From Acidobacteriota bacterium (GTDB taxonomy: Bacteria; Actinomycetota; Acidimicrobiia; Acidimicrobiales; CADCSY01), in the NCBI GenBank assembly GCA_019510095.1, contig JAEKLB010000023.1, positions 1 to 54,307 of the forward strand: a stretch of 54,307 nt of DNA, given 5' to 3'. Position numbers and translations under genes: made by a program. The notes below the pieces were generated by a model that ran no database searches, was not told the DNA's origin, and worked only from the letters and a program-made list of their open reading frames with translations. Every line of letters starts with the position of its first letter. Position 1 is the stretch's first letter. Positions 53,446 through 54,307 of this stretch are shown in pieces.

Positions 53446-54307
53446 GTGTCCGAGAAGCTTTGGTCCAATTCTGGTGACTCGCATTTCTCCGAGCCGCCCG
53501 ACCTCTGGCACGAGATCATGCCGAAGGCGCTGGCCGACCGCATGCCGAGGAGCGAGAAGGCGCCCGACGGGTCGAGCGAGACCGTCTACGTCGACGGCAA
53601 GAGCTTCACCCGGCCCATGCCAAAGCTCTCGCAGAAGAAGGATGCCCAGGGTCGCACGATCGGCGACCTGGTCATGTCGGCGCCGGGCGCCCGCGACCTC
53701 GAGCTGCGGATGAAGGACCTCGACTCCGAGGGCGTGTGGGCCGAGGTCATGTACGCCTCGCTCGGCCTGTGGGAGAACATGATCGAGGACCGCGACCTGA
53801 TCCGCGCCGCCACCAGGGCCGAGAACGAGTACAAGGTCGAGAAGATCCAGGGTCGGGCCCCCGACCGCCTGATCCCCGCGGCATCGATCCCGATGCTCGA
53901 CATCGACGATGCGGTGGCCGAGCTCCAGCACGCCGCCGAGATCGGCCTCCACTGCGCTTCACTCCCGACCGGCGTGCCCGGAGGCCTGCCCGATTACAAC
54001 CGCGATCACTGGGAGCCGCTGTGGGCGGCGGCCGAGGAGTGCGGGATGGTGCTGGGCTTCCACATCGGCTCCGACAACGACGGCAACGACAACACCAAGT
54101 TCAGCGGGCCGGGCGGTGCCGTCCTCAACTACGTGAACACCACCTTCGGCGGCCAGTTCGTCGCGCTCAAGATGGTGACCTCAGGTGCCCTCGATCGCCA
54201 TCCCAACTTGAAGATCCTGATCTCCGAGGGCGGCGCGACGTGGGTGCCGTTCATCGGCGATCGGATGAACGAGGGCTACCGCCAGCACAGCATGTTCGTG
54301 CGGCCTG
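53446..54307 (+). CDS. Amidohydrolase_2 family protein (runs off the window end)
   Basis: SGDSHFSEPPDLW, DLDSEGVWAEV, WEPLW..AEE, FHIG, SEGG..WVP. Confidence 0.88.
   Translation, partial: MSEKLWSNSGDSHFSEPPDLWHEIMPKALADRMPRSEKAPDGSSETVYVDGKSFTRPMPKLSQKKDAQGRTIGDLVMSAPGARDLELRMKDLDSEGVWAEVMYASLGLWENMIEDRDLIRAATRAENEYKVEKIQGRAPDRLIPAASIPMLDIDDAVAELQHAAEIGLHCASLPTGVPGGLPDYNRDHWEPLWAAAEECGMVLGFHIGSDNDGNDNTKFSGPGGAVLNYVNTTFGGQFVALKMVTSGALDRHPNLKILISEGGATWVPFIGDRMNEGYRQHSMFVRP

Overview
GC-rich actinobacterial chromosome segment spanning the replication origin; the class is most likely Acidimicrobiia, inferred from gene order and the GYWL-repeat surface protein. The core is (rsmA)-trxB-trxA / parB-parA-parS x2-rsmG-jag-yidC-yidD-rnpA-rpmH / dnaA-oriC-dnaN-recF-dciA-gyrB-gyrA-tRNA-Ile. 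A ~10 kb accessory block follows, with a fpg-ligC repair operon and an RHH-like gene behind TGTAA repeats. Next come tRNA-Ala with a decayed ~1.9 kb integrase-less island carrying a DUF433/DUF5615 toxin-antitoxin pair, lipid genes, the crgA-trpG/pabA-pknB-pbpA-rodA-pstP-fhaB-fhaA cluster, tRNA-Leu, an ArsR-SRPBCC-DHFR-like operon, larBC, pheA and tRNA-Ser. The strongest novelty candidate is the 30.18-30.62 kb intergenic region: an oriC-like DnaA-box cluster directly upstream of a ~180-nt structured RNA I do not recognise (two GCAA tetraloops, a cUUCGg hairpin, nine GGA motifs). Other candidates are satellite DnaA-box pairs, a recurring TGACCWGSNNTTT motif, small proteins absent from the ORF track, a CrgA-coupled membrane CxxC/HC protein and ultra-compact bidirectional leaderless promoters. 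All calls come from reading motifs by eye; no database searches or folding programs were run, and start codons are my best judgement.
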